Below, piece by piece: positions 46,080 through 59,127 of a stretch of 64,000 nt of DNA. Positions within the stretch are counted from its first letter, which is position 1; every line of letters begins with the position of its first letter. The DNA comes from Escherichia coli. GTDB taxonomy: Bacteria > Pseudomonadota > Gammaproteobacteria > Enterobacterales > Enterobacteriaceae. The notes below the pieces were generated by a model that searched no databases, had not been told where the DNA came from, and saw only the letters and a list, made by a program, of their open reading frames with translations. Location: the NCBI RefSeq assembly GCF_030013205.1, contig NZ_CP122648.1. One strand, given 5' to 3'. Position numbers and translations under genes: made by a program.

Positions 46080-47126
46080 CTATTTCGAGCAACGGCGGGT
46101 TAATGCGACACCAGCCCCGATCAGCCCCCCGACAATGCCCCACATAATCATCAGGAAGGCACGACGTGGGCTATCGCGTTTTACCGGTTCTTCCGGCGTA
46201 CGCAAATAGCGATAGGTCTGAAAACGCGGATCCAGGGTTGGACCAACATTCAGGGTGTTTAACATGGCCCGATTCTGATCATAGTCGAGATCAAAGGCCG
46301 GACCGACGGCCTGTAAATTTTCCAGTCGAGCCTGGAGCATTGGACGCCCAAGCAGGAACATTTCTGAATCAGGTAATTCCTCGGCAGGCACATCTGTCGC
46401 ACTGCGCGAAATATTATGCTGCTCAGCAATTTTCAGCGCCTGTTCAATACTGTTCATCCGGCGGTCGTAGATAGCTTTCGCCACCTCTTCCTGACGCTTC
46501 ACCTGAGCTTTCATCTGGATGGTGCGTGCCGCCCATGCACCTTTCAGCTCATCATTCAGATGGCTGGCTGCACGCTGGCTGGCAAAAGCAACATACTGAC
46601 GTAACAGGTTATTAGCGTCAGGCGCGGTTTCGGCAATCAGCTTCACGCTGTCATTGACCGCGCGGGTAAAGTCTCCGGGGATAAACTGGATGTTGTTAAT
46701 CATTTCATCCAGCAACGCCGCATCGGCTTTGCTGTTGCCCACCATCCGCTGCTTGTAATAGTCGGTTTGCAGCCAGAACTCTCTGCGGGTATCCCACGAG
46801 GCCAGTTGCATAACAAACTCTTTATAGGCTTCGTCCATGACCGATGGTTGGTCGGCAGAAGCCATGTTTGAACGGACATCCAGGTTACGCAAAAATTGCT
46901 GCTGCGAGTAATATCCCCCCAGCATATTCACCGTTGGACGATCGGTAATCGCCGTCGAGCTCCACTCCTGACGAGCAAAAAACGTATACGCCAGCGCGAT
47001 TAACGCAAACGCCAGCCCCATGCCAATAATCCATAGCTTCCCAGCCCACAAGGTACGAAACAACCCACGAATATCCAGTTCATTTTCAGCGTCTTCGGCC
47101 GGTTTCCCAGGCATTGGTTGTGTCAT
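46080..47126 (-). CDS. wzzE: ECA chain length determinant
   Basis: 348 aa from ATG at 47126; N- and C-terminal TM segments. Confidence 0.88.
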   Translation of the reverse strand: MTQPMPGKPAEDAENELDIRGLFRTLWAGKLWIIGMGLAFALIALAYTFFARQEWSSTAITDRPTVNMLGGYYSQQQFLRNLDVRSNMASADQPSVMDEAYKEFVMQLASWDTRREFWLQTDYYKQRMVGNSKADAALLDEMINNIQFIPGDFTRAVNDSVKLIAETAPDANNLLRQYVAFASQRAASHLNDELKGAWAARTIQMKAQVKRQEEVAKAIYDRRMNSIEQALKIAEQHNISRSATDVPAEELPDSEMFLLGRPMLQARLENLQAVGPAFDLDYDQNRAMLNTLNVGPTLDPRFQTYRYLRTPEEPVKRDSPRRAFLMIMWGIVGGLIGAGVALTRRCSK

Positions 47127-47137
47127 CACATCCTCAT

Positions 47138-48241
47138 TTATTTGGTTAAATTGGGGCTGCCACCACGATTTCTACGCAGTCTGCGTTTTACGCGCTTAAT
47201 AAAGCGAGCAACTTTCCAGGCACGCTTAATGCAATATCCATAGAGGAAGAATGCTAGCAAAAAGAGCACCAGCATGACCCACTCCGGGACAAAATGAGAA
47301 TATTCTGCCAGCACCCCAATGGAGGCGAGCAGAGCTGCGGCAAGGGTAATCAGCACAAACGCCTGGCGGGAAGTAAACCCGGCACGCATGATCAAATGGT
47401 GAATATGCTGGCGATCAGGAGAGAACGGACTCATGCCTTTACGCAGGCGACGGTACATAATCGCCACCATATCCATTAGCGGAATGGCGATTATCCACAA
47501 AGCGGTAACCGGGCTGATGGGATGGGTTTTGCCCTGGGTCGTTTCGAGCAGGATCCAGATAACGGTAAAACCAATCAGCGTACTGCCCGCATCACCCATA
47601 AAGACTTTGTAGCGGCGACCCAGGATACCAAGGTTAAGCATGATGTATGGCAGGATGGCGGCGATCATCGCAAAACACCAGATTGCAAGGCTGGTTTGCC
47701 CGTCGAACCACAAAATCATACCGATTGCTGCAAACGAGACGCAGGACAGCCCGCCCAGCAAGCCATCAATGCCATCAACCATGTTGAACGCATTAATGGC
47801 CGCCCAGACGGCAAATAGCGTCAGGACGTAGCCAAACGGTCCGAGCACCATCTCCCAGGAGCCAAAGATATAACCCAGGCTACTGAGATAAAGTTTTCCG
47901 AACACCATCATAACAATGCCAACAGCGGCCTGTATGGTGGCACGGATTTTTACGCTGATATCAAAACGGTCATCCAGCGCGCCAATGAAAACAAGCACAC
48001 CGGCACAAGCGAGATAGAGAGATGCATGCGGAATATAGTAATCGACAATTCCGAACGTGAAGCAAATCCCTGCGTAAACCGAAATCCCCCCAACGAGAGG
48101 TATCAATCCCTGGTGACGTTTGCGGAAGTTTGGTTTATCCACTAAACCGACTTTTTTTGCCACCTTACGGGCAAAAAACAGAAACAGTGTCGTGAATAAA
48201 AAAATACTGATGAGATCAGTACTCACTGTCAGTAAATTCAC
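47138..48241 (-). CDS. wecA: UDP-GlcNAc:undecaprenyl-phosphate GlcNAc-1-phosphate transferase
   Basis: 367 aa polytopic membrane protein; first gene of the ECA cluster downstream of rho. Confidence 0.9.
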   Translation of the reverse strand: MNLLTVSTDLISIFLFTTLFLFFARKVAKKVGLVDKPNFRKRHQGLIPLVGGISVYAGICFTFGIVDYYIPHASLYLACAGVLVFIGALDDRFDISVKIRATIQAAVGIVMMVFGKLYLSSLGYIFGSWEMVLGPFGYVLTLFAVWAAINAFNMVDGIDGLLGGLSCVSFAAIGMILWFDGQTSLAIWCFAMIAAILPYIMLNLGILGRRYKVFMGDAGSTLIGFTVIWILLETTQGKTHPISPVTALWIIAIPLMDMVAIMYRRLRKGMSPFSPDRQHIHHLIMRAGFTSRQAFVLITLAAALLASIGVLAEYSHFVPEWVMLVLFLLAFFLYGYCIKRAWKVARFIKRVKRRLRRNRGGSPNLTK

Positions 48242-48420
48242 AATGCATGCTCTCAGAGAAAATTATTAGCAGAAGTATAACCACGAAGGCCATTATTCAG
48301 AAGGGAAACTCTGCTCTGAACCCACCAACCTTGTGCAAAAAACAACCACGTGATTCGTGTTATGCGCAATAAACAAACATAACTCGTATTTGTTATAACG
48401 CCGTTAAGATTACAGATATA

Positions 48421-48455
48421 AAAACAAAACGCCACGTAAACACGTGGCGTTTTTG
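48421..48455 (-). terminator. rho-independent terminator downstream of rho
   Basis: Palindrome aaaacgccacgtaaacacgtggcgtttt flanked by T/A runs. Confidence 0.65.
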
Positions 48456-48468
48456 GCATAAGACAAAT

Positions 48469-49728
48469 TTATGAGCGTTTCATCATTTCGAAGAAATCGT
48501 CATTGGTCTTGGTCATTGCCAGTTTATTAATGAGGAATTCCATTGCATCGATTTCGCCCATCGGGTGAATGATTTTGCGCAGGATCCACATTTTCTGCAG
48601 TTCTTCCTGAGTAGTGAGCAGCTCTTCTTTACGGGTACCGGAACGGTTGTAGTCGATTGCCGGGAAGACGCGTTTTTCAGCGATCTTACGAGAGAGGTGC
48701 AGTTCCATGTTGCCTGTACCTTTAAACTCTTCGTAGATAACTTCGTCCATCTTGGAACCGGTATCGATAAGCGCGGTAGCGATGATGGTCAGGCTGCCGC
48801 CCTCTTCCACGTTACGCGCCGCACCGAAGAAGCGTTTCGGACGATGCAGGGCGTTGGCATCCACACCACCGGTCAGCACTTTACCTGACGCCGGAACAAC
48901 GGTGTTGTAAGCGCGCGCCAGACGAGTGATGGAGTCGAGCAGAATGATAACGTCTTTCTTGTGCTCAACCAGGCGTTTCGCCTTCTCGATCACCATTTCC
49001 GCAACCTGAACGTGGCGAGATGCGGGTTCGTCAAAGGTAGAAGCAACAACTTCACCTTTAACCAGACGCTGCATCTCGGTTACTTCTTCCGGACGTTCGT
49101 CGATCAGCAGAACCATCAGTACGCAATCCGGGTGGTTGTAAGCAATGCTCTGAGCAATGTTCTGCAGCAGCATGGTTTTACCGGCTTTCGGCGGTGCCAC
49201 AATCAGACCACGCTGACCACGACCGATAGGTGATGCCAGATCCAGTACGCGAGCGGTTAAATCTTCCGTAGAACCGTTACCACGTTCCATACGCAGACGA
49301 GAGTTTGCGTGCAGCGGGGTTAAGTTCTCAAAGAGGATTTTGTTGCGGGCGTTTTCAGGTTTGTCGAAGTTAACTTCGTTAACTTTCAGCAGCGCAAAAT
49401 AGCGTTCACCTTCTTTCGGCGGGCGAATCTTACCAGAGATGGTATCACCAGTGCGGAGGTTGAAACGGCGGATTTGGCTAGGGGAAACGTAGATGTCATC
49501 AGGACCGGCGAGGTAGGAGCTGTCTGCGGAACGGAGGAAACCAAATCCATCCTGCAATATCTCCAGTACGCCATCACCAAAGATATCTTCGCCACTCTTT
49601 GCGTGCTGCTTCAGGATGGCAAAAATAATGTCCTGCTTACGCATACGAGCCAGGTTTTCCAGCCCCATATTTTCGCCGAGAGTGATCAGCTCAGAAACCG
49701 GCGTATTCTTTAATTCGGTAAGATTCAT
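48469..49728 (-). CDS. rho: transcription termination factor Rho
   Basis: ORF track is over-extended to 443 aa; trimmed to [25 protein letters not shown] start (419 aa); Walker A GKT present. Confidence 0.97.
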
Positions 49729-49812
49729 AGTGGTGTGAGTTCTTAAACTTGGGGTAAATCTCGAACTTAATGTTGTGAATGGTATGGCAGGATCATCCAT
49801 GCCTGTTTACGG

Positions 49813-49914
49813 TCATCGACTCATGTCTTTTCGCTGCCTGGTCACAGGAGAGTACGCAGAACTGAAACGACAAGACGGATTGAGTGACAAACCAGAAATC
49901 TGTTCACTTCGCAT
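49813..49914 (-). CDS. rhoL: rho operon leader peptide
   Basis: Translates to MRSEQISGLSLNPSCRFSSAYSPVTRQRKDMSR (33 aa) directly upstream of rho. Confidence 0.7.
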   Translation of the reverse strand: MRSEQISGLSLNPSCRFSSAYSPVTRQRKDMSR

Positions 49915-50052
49915 TAGATAAAACGGGAAGCGTTGGATATTACAAGATTCAAACTTAATAAGGTAAGTTTAATACGAAGTCAACATTAAGTTAGCATGGC
50001 TCACGCCGGGCGTCCAGTTTTTAGCGACGGGGCACCCGAACATGAAATTCCC

Positions 50053-50382
50053 TTACGCCAGATTAGCGTCGAGGAACTCTTTCAACTGACCTTTAGACAG
50101 TGCGCCCACTTTGGTTGCCGCCACTTCACCGTTTTTGAACAGTAGCAGAGTCGGGATACCACGGATGCCATATTTCGGCGCAGTGCCAGGGTTTTGATCG
50201 ATGTTCAGTTTTGCAACGGTCAGTTTGCCCTGATATTCGTCAGCGATTTCATCCAGAATCGGGGCGATCATTTTGCACGGACCGCACCACTCTGCCCAGA
50301 AATCGACGAGGATCGCCCCGTCCGCTTTGAGTACATCCGTGTCAAAACTGTCGTCAGTCAGGTGAATAATTTTATCGCTCAT
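50053..50382 (-). CDS. trxA: thioredoxin 1
   Basis: ORF track is over-extended to 144 aa; trimmed to [13 protein letters not shown] start (109 aa); WCGPC active site. Confidence 0.96.
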
Positions 50383-50512
50383 ATATAACTCCACAGGAAT
50401 AAGCCTGGCGTGTTGGTTTCGTTGTTGGTGTAACATTAACCAACTAAAGGTTGACTTTATTTCACCGGATACGCTTTCGTAAAGCAATAGTAAGCTGATA
50501 TTCTACCACACT

Positions 50513-51778
50513 ATGAGCAAAACACATTTAACAGAACAGAAGTTTTCCGACTTCGCCCTGCATCCGAAGGTTGTAGAAGCCCTTGAAAAAAAAGGGTTTC
50601 ATAACTGTACGCCCATTCAGGCACTGGCCCTTCCGCTGACGCTGGCGGGTCGTGACGTAGCCGGGCAGGCGCAAACCGGTACCGGAAAAACGATGGCGTT
50701 TCTTACGTCAACGTTTCATTATCTTCTCTCTCATCCCGCGATTGCCGATCGCAAGGTGAATCAACCGCGTGCCTTAATTATGGCACCGACGCGTGAACTT
50801 GCCGTGCAGATCCATGCCGACGCAGAACCGCTGGCGGAAGCTACTGGCCTGAAGCTGGGTCTGGCTTACGGTGGTGATGGCTACGACAAACAGCTGAAAG
50901 TGCTGGAAAGCGGCGTTGACATTCTGATTGGCACCACGGGTCGTTTAATTGACTACGCCAAGCAGAACCACATTAACCTCGGTGCCATTCAGGTAGTGGT
51001 ACTGGACGAAGCCGATCGTATGTACGATCTGGGCTTTATTAAAGATATCCGCTGGCTGTTCCGCCGTATGCCGCCTGCAAACCAGCGCCTCAACATGCTG
51101 TTCTCCGCCACGCTTTCGTACCGGGTACGTGAACTGGCGTTCGAGCAGATGAACAATGCCGAATATATTGAAGTGGAACCGGAACAGAAAACGGGCCACC
51201 GTATTAAAGAAGAGCTTTTCTACCCTTCTAACGAAGAAAAAATGCGTTTGCTGCAAACGCTGATCGAAGAAGAGTGGCCAGACAGAGCGATTATTTTCGC
51301 CAACACCAAACACCGTTGTGAAGAGATCTGGGGCCACCTGGCGGCAGATGGTCATCGTGTCGGTTTGTTGACAGGCGATGTCGCGCAGAAAAAACGTCTG
51401 CGTATTCTTGATGAATTTACCCGTGGGGATCTGGATATTCTGGTTGCCACCGACGTTGCCGCGCGTGGCCTGCATATCCCGGCTGTGACGCACGTCTTTA
51501 ACTACGATTTACCCGATGACTGTGAAGATTACGTTCACCGTATTGGTCGTACAGGTCGTGCAGGCGCAAGTGGTCATTCCATCAGCCTGGCATGTGAAGA
51601 GTATGCATTGAATTTGCCTGCTATTGAGACCTATATTGGTCACTCAATTCCGGTAAGCAAATACAATCCGGACGCATTGATGACCGATCTGCCTAAACCG
51701 CTGCGCCTCACGCGCCCGCGCACAGGCAATGGTCCGCGTCGTACTGGCGCTCCGCGTAATCGTCGTCGTTCAGGTTAA
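50513..51778 (+). CDS. rhlB: DEAD-box RNA helicase RhlB
   Basis: 421 aa; DEAD and SAT motifs; Arg-rich C-terminus. Confidence 0.93.
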
Positions 51779-51913
51779 ATAAATAATGTCATACTCAAAA
51801 TCATTCAAACTGTATCAAGATGGCCAGAGAATGAACCCCGATGAGCTTACTGTAGTAAGTGATTCAGGTGAAAGAATGCAGCCAACACAGAGACAGATTG
51901 AAGGATGAAGAGT

Positions 51914-53398
51914 ATGGGTTCCACCTCGTCGCTGTATGCAGCCATTGATCTCGGTTCGAATAGTTTTCATATGCTGGTTGTGCGCGAGGTGGCTGGAAGC
52001 ATCCAGACGCTGACGCGAATTAAACGCAAAGTGCGTCTGGCTGCTGGCCTGAATAGCGAAAATGCCCTCTCTAATGAAGCAATGGAGCGCGGTTGGCAAT
52101 GTCTGCGCCTGTTTGCTGAACGTCTGCAAGATATCCCTCCCTCGCAAATTCGCGTTGTCGCTACGGCGACATTACGACTTGCCGTCAATGCGGGTGATTT
52201 TATTGCCAAAGCACAGGAAATCCTCGGTTGTCCGGTACAGGTGATCAGCGGTGAAGAGGAAGCACGTCTGATTTATCAGGGCGTTGCTCACACAACTGGC
52301 GGTGCCGATCAGCGCCTGGTGGTGGATATAGGCGGTGCCAGTACTGAACTGGTAACCGGCACGGGTGCACAAACCACCTCGTTGTTCAGCCTGTCGATGG
52401 GCTGTGTCACCTGGCTGGAACGCTATTTTGCCGATCGTAATCTGGGGCAGGAAAATTTTGATGCTGCAGAAAAAGCGGCACGCGAAGTGTTACGTCCGGT
52501 TGCCGATGAATTACGGTATCACGGCTGGAAAGTGTGCGTTGGCGCTTCCGGCACCGTGCAGGCGTTACAGGAAATCATGATGGCACAGGGGATGGATGAA
52601 CGCATTACCCTGGAAAAGTTGCAGCAACTGAAACAGCGAGCCATTCATTGCGGTCGGCTGGAGGAACTGGAGATTGACGGGCTGACGCTGGAACGTGCGT
52701 TAGTGTTCCCGAGTGGTCTGGCAATCCTGATAGCCATTTTTACCGAACTGAATATTCAGTGTATGACCCTGGCGGGTGGTGCGCTGCGTGAAGGCCTGGT
52801 CTACGGCATGTTGCATCTGACCGTCGAGCAGGATATTCGCAGCCGTACGCTGCGTAATATTCAGCGCCGCTTTATGATCGATATTGATCAGGCACAGCGC
52901 GTAGCCAAAGTTGCGGCTAACTTCTTCGATCAGGTGAAAAACGAATGGCATCTTGAAGCAATAAGCCGCGATTTGCTCATCAGCGCCTGCCAGCTTCATG
53001 AAATCGGCCTGAGCGTTGACTTCAAACAAGCGCCGCAACACGCTGCTTATCTGGTACGTAATCTGGATCTTCCCGGTTTTACCCCCGCACAGAAAAAACT
53101 GCTGGCGACGCTACTGCTCAACCAGACGAATCCGGTCGATCTCTCATCGCTGCATCAGCAAAATGCCGTACCGCCGCGCGTCGCAGAACAACTCTGCCGT
53201 TTACTACGCCTGGCCATCATTTTTGCCAGCCGTCGCCGTGACGATCTCGTGCCAGAGATGACATTACAGGCTAACCATGAACTGTTGACCTTGACGCTTC
53301 CGCAAGGTTGGCTAACCCAACATCCGCTCGGTAAAGAGATTATTGCTCAGGAAAGCCAGTGGCAGAGCTATGTCCACTGGACGCTGGAAGTGCATTAA
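51914..53398 (+). CDS. gppA: guanosine pentaphosphate phosphohydrolase / exopolyphosphatase family
   Basis: 494 aa from [20 protein letters not shown]; Ppx/GppA fold. Confidence 0.9.
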   Translation: MGSTSSLYAAIDLGSNSFHMLVVREVAGSIQTLTRIKRKVRLAAGLNSENALSNEAMERGWQCLRLFAERLQDIPPSQIRVVATATLRLAVNAGDFIAKAQEILGCPVQVISGEEEARLIYQGVAHTTGGADQRLVVDIGGASTELVTGTGAQTTSLFSLSMGCVTWLERYFADRNLGQENFDAAEKAAREVLRPVADELRYHGWKVCVGASGTVQALQEIMMAQGMDERITLEKLQQLKQRAIHCGRLEELEIDGLTLERALVFPSGLAILIAIFTELNIQCMTLAGGALREGLVYGMLHLTVEQDIRSRTLRNIQRRFMIDIDQAQRVAKVAANFFDQVKNEWHLEAISRDLLISACQLHEIGLSVDFKQAPQHAAYLVRNLDLPGFTPAQKKLLATLLLNQTNPVDLSSLHQQNAVPPRVAEQLCRLLRLAIIFASRRRDDLVPEMTLQANHELLTLTLPQGWLTQHPLGKEIIAQESQWQSYVHWTLEVH

Positions 53399-53405
53399 TG
53401 AGTAA

Positions 53406-53440
53406 GTGCCGGATGCGATGCTGACGCATCTTTTCCGGCC
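53406..53440. repeat. REP element between convergent gppA and rep
   Basis: gtgccggatgcgatgctgacgcatcttttccggcc is REP-like. Confidence 0.6.
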
Positions 53441-53444
53441 TTGA

Positions 53445-55466
53445 TTATTTCCCTCGTTTTGCCGCCATCATCGCTTTCAGATTCGCCAGATGGCTTTGCC
53501 CTTTCTGCATCCGTTCTTCGGCGCTGACCACTTTGCGCTCCTGTTCCCAAATCAGATCATCCTGCGGCAGCTCCAGCAAAAAGCGGCTCGGCTCCGGGCG
53601 CACCAGTTCGCCGTACTGACGGCGTTCTTTACACAGCGTAAAGGTCAATTCCTTCTGGGCGCGGGTAATGCCGACATAGGCCAGCCGCCGCTCCTCATCG
53701 ATATTATCTTCATCGATACTGCTCTGGTGCGGCAAAAACCCTTCTTCCATACCGACCATGTAGACATAAGGAAACTCCAGCCCTTTCGACGCGTGCAGAG
53801 TCATCAGTTGTACCTGATCTAACTCTTCATCACTCTCGCCGCGCTCCATCATGTCGCGCAGAGTAAAGCGCGTCACCACCTGGGTGAGCGTCATCGGCTC
53901 ATCCAGTTCGCTACCTTCCAGCATCTCCGTCATCCAGCTAAACAGTTGGTTGACGTTCTTCATGCGCATTTCGGCGGCTTTCGGGCTGGGCGATGTTTCG
54001 TACAGCCAGGATTCATAATCCATGCCGTGGATCAGATCGCGTACCGCGGCAATCGGCTCCCGCTCCGCCAGACGCTGGATTTCTGCCAACCAATGAGTGA
54101 AGCGGGTCAATGCTTCATAACCACGTCCGCTAAGCGTCTGACTCAGGCCCATATCAAAGCTGGCGGTAAACATGCTTTTATTGCGCGTCATCGCCCACTC
54201 ACCCAGCTTTTTCAGCGTAGCCGGGCCAATCTCTCGCTTCGGCGTGTTAACAATACGCAGAAATGCGCTGTCATCGTCCGGGTTAGTCAGCACGCGCAGA
54301 TAAGCCAGCAAATCCTTGATTTCAGGACGAGAGAAAAACGACGTACCACCAGAAATTTTGTACGGGATGCGGTTTTGCATCAGGAATTTTTCAAACACCC
54401 GCGACTGATGGTTACCGCGATAAAGAATGGCGTAATCTTTGTACTGCGTTTTATTGACGAAGTGATGCGCGATCAGCTCGCCGGTGACTCTCTCGGCTTC
54501 ATGTTCTTCGTTATTCGCGCTTAAAACTTTTAGCTCCGCGCCATAGCCCAGTTCGGAGAACAGACGCTTTTCAAAGACGTGCGGGTTATTGGCAATGAGG
54601 ATGTTCGCCGCTTTCAGAATACGTCCGGAAGAGCGGTAGTTCTGCTCAAGCTTAATCACCTTCAGTGCCGGGAAATCCTGACTCAGCAGCACCAGGTTTT
54701 GCGGACGTGCACCGCGCCAGGAGTAGATCGACTGGTCGTCATCGCCAACTACGGTAAAGCGCGCGCGGCTGCCCACCAGCAGTTTCACCAGTTCATACTG
54801 GCTGGTGTTGGTGTCCTGATACTCATCCACCAGCAGGTAGCGAATTTTGTTCTGCCAGCGCTCGCGGACTTCTTCATTGCGTTGCAGCAGCAACGTCGGC
54901 AATAAAATCAGATCATCGAAGTCGAGAACGTTACAGGCTTTCAGGTGTGCATCATACAGCCCATAACAATGGGCAAAAATACGGTCCCGCTCGCCAATCG
55001 CACTGGCTGCCGCCTGGGACGGTGTTTTGAGATCGTTCTTCCAGTTAGAGATGGTCGAAATCAGCTGTTGCAGGAGGACTTTGTCATCTTCAATCAGCCC
55101 CTCGGTCAGCTCTTTAAGCAACGCCAGCTGATCGGTGTCATCAAACAGCGAAAAGTTCGCTTTCATCCCCAACGCCGCATACTCACGCTTGATGATATCC
55201 AGCCCCAGCGTGTGGAAGGTGGAAATCATCAGCCCGCGCGCCTCTTTGCGCCCCAGCGTCTGCCCGACACGCTCTTTCATCTCGCGCGCCGCCTTATTGG
55301 TAAAGGTCACCGCCGCGATATGTCGCGCCTGATAACCGCAACCGCGGATCAGATGGGCGATTTTATTGGTGATGACACGAGTTTTACCGGAACCCGCGCC
55401 TGCCAGCACCAGGCAGGGGCCGGTAACGAATTCGACAGCTTGTTGTTGGCCGGGGTTTAGACGCAT
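53445..55466 (-). CDS. rep: ATP-dependent DNA helicase Rep
   Basis: 673 aa from [31 protein letters not shown]; UvrD/Rep family. Confidence 0.93.
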   Translation of the reverse strand: MRLNPGQQQAVEFVTGPCLVLAGAGSGKTRVITNKIAHLIRGCGYQARHIAAVTFTNKAAREMKERVGQTLGRKEARGLMISTFHTLGLDIIKREYAALGMKANFSLFDDTDQLALLKELTEGLIEDDKVLLQQLISTISNWKNDLKTPSQAAASAIGERDRIFAHCYGLYDAHLKACNVLDFDDLILLPTLLLQRNEEVRERWQNKIRYLLVDEYQDTNTSQYELVKLLVGSRARFTVVGDDDQSIYSWRGARPQNLVLLSQDFPALKVIKLEQNYRSSGRILKAANILIANNPHVFEKRLFSELGYGAELKVLSANNEEHEAERVTGELIAHHFVNKTQYKDYAILYRGNHQSRVFEKFLMQNRIPYKISGGTSFFSRPEIKDLLAYLRVLTNPDDDSAFLRIVNTPKREIGPATLKKLGEWAMTRNKSMFTASFDMGLSQTLSGRGYEALTRFTHWLAEIQRLAEREPIAAVRDLIHGMDYESWLYETSPSPKAAEMRMKNVNQLFSWMTEMLEGSELDEPMTLTQVVTRFTLRDMMERGESDEELDQVQLMTLHASKGLEFPYVYMVGMEEGFLPHQSSIDEDNIDEERRLAYVGITRAQKELTFTLCKERRQYGELVRPEPSRFLLELPQDDLIWEQERKVVSAEERMQKGQSHLANLKAMMAAKRGK

Positions 55467-55683
55467 AGGTGTATTGCTCAATCTTCGAACGGGGGGGAGG
55501 ATTGTAGCAGAATCGCATTTGAATGTGACCGAGTGAAAACCGCTAACCGGATGGCTGCGGATGTTTAAATCAGAGAGGGAAGGCCGAAACCGGAGTTCAT
55601 CATGAATCCATTAGACTTAGAAAATATCGGGTCGTAACGTTGTGTTATTACTTTTTCAGAGTTTACTAAGGAGAGGTTTACTC

Positions 55684-56133
55684 GTGGCGATTAATTTCAG
55701 CCCCAAGGTTGGTGAAATACTGGAATGCAACTTTGGTAACTATCCTGTTAGCCAGAATGGACAGTTCAGCACGACGTATTACGATGGCCGCATTCCACCT
55801 GAGATGATAAAAAATAGGTTGGTTGTCGTGCTCAACGGAAAAATTAATGGCAACGCATGTATCGTCGTTCCATTATCAACCACTCGCGACCATGACAAGT
55901 TAAATCGTGGAATGCATGTTGAAATAGCCAGTAATGTTATCAATGACCTGCAATTCTTTGATCAGCAGATACGTTGGGCTAAAGCCGACCTGGTACAACA
56001 AGTCAGTCGAAACCGATTAAACAGAGCAAGGACTTATCGGGGGTATCTTAATCAATGTTTGCCACATGAGTTGGTTGCAGACATACAGAGGGCAGTCATC
56101 AAGTCAATCAATGCCATATCGCTCATAAATTGA
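55684..56133 (+). CDS. yifN: PemK/MazF-fold protein (toxin-like), no adjacent antitoxin ORF
   Basis: GTG start 8 nt after AGGAG; motif RLVVVLNGKINGNACIVVPLSTT resembles the MazF/PemK core; same position as K-12 yifN. Confidence 0.55.
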   Translation: MAINFSPKVGEILECNFGNYPVSQNGQFSTTYYDGRIPPEMIKNRLVVVLNGKINGNACIVVPLSTTRDHDKLNRGMHVEIASNVINDLQFFDQQIRWAKADLVQQVSRNRLNRARTYRGYLNQCLPHELVADIQRAVIKSINAISLIN

Positions 56134-56207
56134 CAATAAAATCACCATCCCCGATAATGACTCTGTAGCCCATAGAGGCCCTAAGTTTTCTCCCCTTGAG
56201 GGACCTG

Positions 56208-56232
56208 CGAAGCCCGGATTTTCCGGGCTTTT
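56208..56232 (+). terminator. rho-independent terminator after yifN (gaagcccggattttccgggctttt)
   Basis: Hairpin plus T run read directly. Confidence 0.6.
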
Positions 56233-56260
56233 GCCATATATGTCCCCCCTCCCTGACTGA

Positions 56261-56566
<306 letters not shown>

Positions 56567-56568
56567 TA

Positions 56569-56596
56569 GCAAGGCCTTCTCCGGGAGAAGGCCTTG
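56569..56596. terminator. bidirectional hairpin between convergent ppiC and ilvC (aaggccttctccgggagaaggcctt)
   Basis: Perfect palindrome read directly. Confidence 0.6.
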
Positions 56597-56611
56597 AACT
56601 CTGAATCGCAC

Positions 56612-58087
56612 TTAACCCGCAACAGCAATGCGTTTCATATCTGTCATATAGCCGCGCAGTTTCTTACCTACCTGCTCAATCGCATGACTGCGAATCGCTT
56701 CGTTCACATCACGCAACTGCGCGTTATCTACCGCACCTTCCGGAATAGCTTTACCCAGGTCGCCCGGTTGCAGCTCTGCCATAAACGGTTTCAGCAGCGG
56801 CACACAAGCGTAAGAGAACAGATAGTTACCGTACTCAGCGGTATCAGAGATAACCACGTTCATTTCGTACAGACGCTTACGGGCGATGGTGTTGGCAATC
56901 AGCGGCAGTTCGTGCAGTGATTCATAGTAAGCAGACTCTTCAATGATGCCGGAATCAACCATGGTTTCGAACGCCAGTTCAACGCCCGCTTTCACCATTG
57001 CGATCATCAGTACGCCTTTATCGAAGTACTCCTGCTCGCCGATTTTGCCTTCATACTGCGGCGCGGTTTCAAACGCGGTTTTGCCGGTCTCTTCACGCCA
57101 GGTCAGCAGTTTCTTATCGTCGTTGGCCCAGTCCGCCATCATGCCGGAGGAGAATTCGCCGGAGATGATGTCGTCCATATGTTTCTGGAACAGCGGTGCC
57201 ATGATCTCTTTCAGCTGTTCAGACAGCGCGTAAGCACGCAGTTTCGCCGGGTTAGAAAGACGGTCCATCATCAGGGTGATGCCGCCCTGTTTCAGCGCTT
57301 CGGTGATGGTTTCCCAACCGAACTGAATCAGTTTTTCTGCGTATGCCGGATCGGTGCCTTCTTCCACCAGTTTGTCGAAGCACAGCAGAGAACCAGCCTG
57401 CAACATACCGCACAGGATGGTTTGCTCGCCCATCAGGTCAGATTTCACTTCCGCAACAAAAGAGGATTCCAGCACGCCCGCACGGTGACCGCCGGTTGCA
57501 GCCGCCCATGCTTTAGCAATCGCCATGCCTTCGCCTTTCGGATCGTTTTCCGGGTGAACGGCAATCAGCGTCGGTACGCCGAATCCACGTTTGTATTCTT
57601 CACGCACTTCGGTGCCTGGGCATTTCGGCGCAACCATCACCACGGTGATGTCTTTACGGATCTGCTCGCCCACTTCGACGATGTTGAAACCGTGCGAGTA
57701 ACCCAGCGCCGCGCCGTCTTTCATCAGTGGCTGTACGGTGCGCACTACATCAGAGTGCTGCTTGTCCGGCGTCAGGTTAACCACCAGATCCGCCTGCGGG
57801 ATCAGTTCTTCGTAAGTACCAACTTTAAAACCGTTTTCGGTCGCTTTACGCCAGGATGCGCGCTTTTCGGCAATCGCTTCTTTACGCAGAGCGTAGGAGA
57901 TATCGAGACCAGAATCACGCATGTTCAGGCCCTGGTTCAGACCCTGTGCACCACAACCGACGATGACTACTTTTTTACCCTGAAGGTAGCTCGCGCCATC
58001 GGCGAATTCATCGCGCCCCATAAAGCGACATTTGCCCAGCTGTGCCAGCTGCTGGCGCAGATTCAGTGTATTGAAGTAGTTAGCCAT
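56612..58087 (-). CDS. ilvC: ketol-acid reductoisomerase
   Basis: ORF track is over-extended to 565 aa; trimmed to [23 protein letters not shown] start (491 aa). Confidence 0.95.
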   Translation of the reverse strand: MANYFNTLNLRQQLAQLGKCRFMGRDEFADGASYLQGKKVVIVGCGAQGLNQGLNMRDSGLDISYALRKEAIAEKRASWRKATENGFKVGTYEELIPQADLVVNLTPDKQHSDVVRTVQPLMKDGAALGYSHGFNIVEVGEQIRKDITVVMVAPKCPGTEVREEYKRGFGVPTLIAVHPENDPKGEGMAIAKAWAAATGGHRAGVLESSFVAEVKSDLMGEQTILCGMLQAGSLLCFDKLVEEGTDPAYAEKLIQFGWETITEALKQGGITLMMDRLSNPAKLRAYALSEQLKEIMAPLFQKHMDDIISGEFSSGMMADWANDDKKLLTWREETGKTAFETAPQYEGKIGEQEYFDKGVLMIAMVKAGVELAFETMVDSGIIEESAYYESLHELPLIANTIARKRLYEMNVVISDTAEYGNYLFSYACVPLLKPFMAELQPGDLGKAIPEGAVDNAQLRDVNEAIRSHAIEQVGKKLRGYMTDMKRIAVAG

Positions 58088-58236
58088 GGTGATTCCTCGT
58101 GATGTTGTGCTTCTTATTGTTCGGTTCGCGTTTGCGAGAATGAATTCACTATATGACAGGAAATTCATTGCGGAAATTGATATATTCACAACATCACATT
58201 GCAATTTCTGCAACGCCAACATTGAGGGCTGCGCCA
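58088..58236. promoter_or_regulatory. ilvY-ilvC divergent promoter/operator region
   Basis: Short spacer between divergently transcribed LysR regulator and its target, a known arrangement in E. coli; operator sites not individually mapped. Confidence 0.5.
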
Positions 58237-59127
58237 TTGGATTTACGCGATCTGAAAACCTTCCTGCATCTGGCGGAAAGCCGCCATTTTGGCCGTAGCG
58301 CGCGAGCAATGCACGTTAGCCCGTCTACGCTTTCGCGACAAATACAGCGCCTGGAAGAAGATCTCGGTCAGCCGCTGTTTGTGCGTGATAACCGCACGGT
58401 AACGCTGACGGAAGCGGGCGAAGAACTGCGCGTTTTCGCCCAGCAAACGCTGTTGCAATATCAGCAATTGCGTCACACCATCGATCAGCAAGGGCCGTCG
58501 CTCTCTGGCGAATTACATATCTTCTGCTCGGTGACCGCTGCCTACAGCCATCTGCCGCCGATTCTGGATCGCTTCCGCGCGGAACACCCGTCAGTGGAGA
58601 TCAAACTCACTACCGGTGATGCGGCCGATGCGATGGAAAAGGTGGTCACTGGCGAAGCGGATCTGGCGATTGCGGGGAAACCGGAAACCTTACCCGGCGC
58701 AGTGGCGTTTTCGATGCTGGAGAATCTGGCGGTGGTGCTGATTGCTCCCGCGCTGCCCTGCCCGGTGCGTAATCAGGTATCTGTCGAAAAGCCCGACTGG
58801 TCTACAGTGCCGTTTATCATGGCCGATCAGGGACCGGTACGCCGCCGCATTGAACTGTGGTTTCGGCGTAACAAAATCAGCAACCCAATGATTTACGCCA
58901 CGGTTGGCGGGCATGAAGCGATGGTATCGATGGTGGCGCTCGGCTGTGGCGTGGCGCTGTTGCCGGAAGTGGTGCTGGATAACAGCCCGGAACCGGTGCG
59001 TAACCGCGTGATGATTTTAGAGCGCAGTGATGAAAAAACGCCGTTTGAGCTGGGCGTGTGTGCGCAAAAAAAGCGGCTGCATGAGCCGCTGATTGAGGCA
59101 TTCTGGAAGATTTTGCCGAACCACTAA
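58237..59127 (+). CDS. ilvY: LysR-family activator of ilvC
   Basis: Likely TTG start at 58237 giving [31 protein letters not shown] track extends further upstream. Confidence 0.85.
   Translation: MDLRDLKTFLHLAESRHFGRSARAMHVSPSTLSRQIQRLEEDLGQPLFVRDNRTVTLTEAGEELRVFAQQTLLQYQQLRHTIDQQGPSLSGELHIFCSVTAAYSHLPPILDRFRAEHPSVEIKLTTGDAADAMEKVVTGEADLAIAGKPETLPGAVAFSMLENLAVVLIAPALPCPVRNQVSVEKPDWSTVPFIMADQGPVRRRIELWFRRNKISNPMIYATVGGHEAMVSMVALGCGVALLPEVVLDNSPEPVRNRVMILERSDEKTPFELGVCAQKKRLHEPLIEAFWKILPNH

Noticed and set aside
48469-49800. N-terminal extensions in the ORF track (rho 443 aa, trxA 144 aa, ilvC 565 aa, uvrD 783 aa, yigL 308 aa, aslB 421 aa)
   Set aside because: The extensions are upstream in-frame read-through to the first start-like codon; the recognised protein N-termini begin at internal ATG/GTG/TTG codons, so I trimmed the coordinates.
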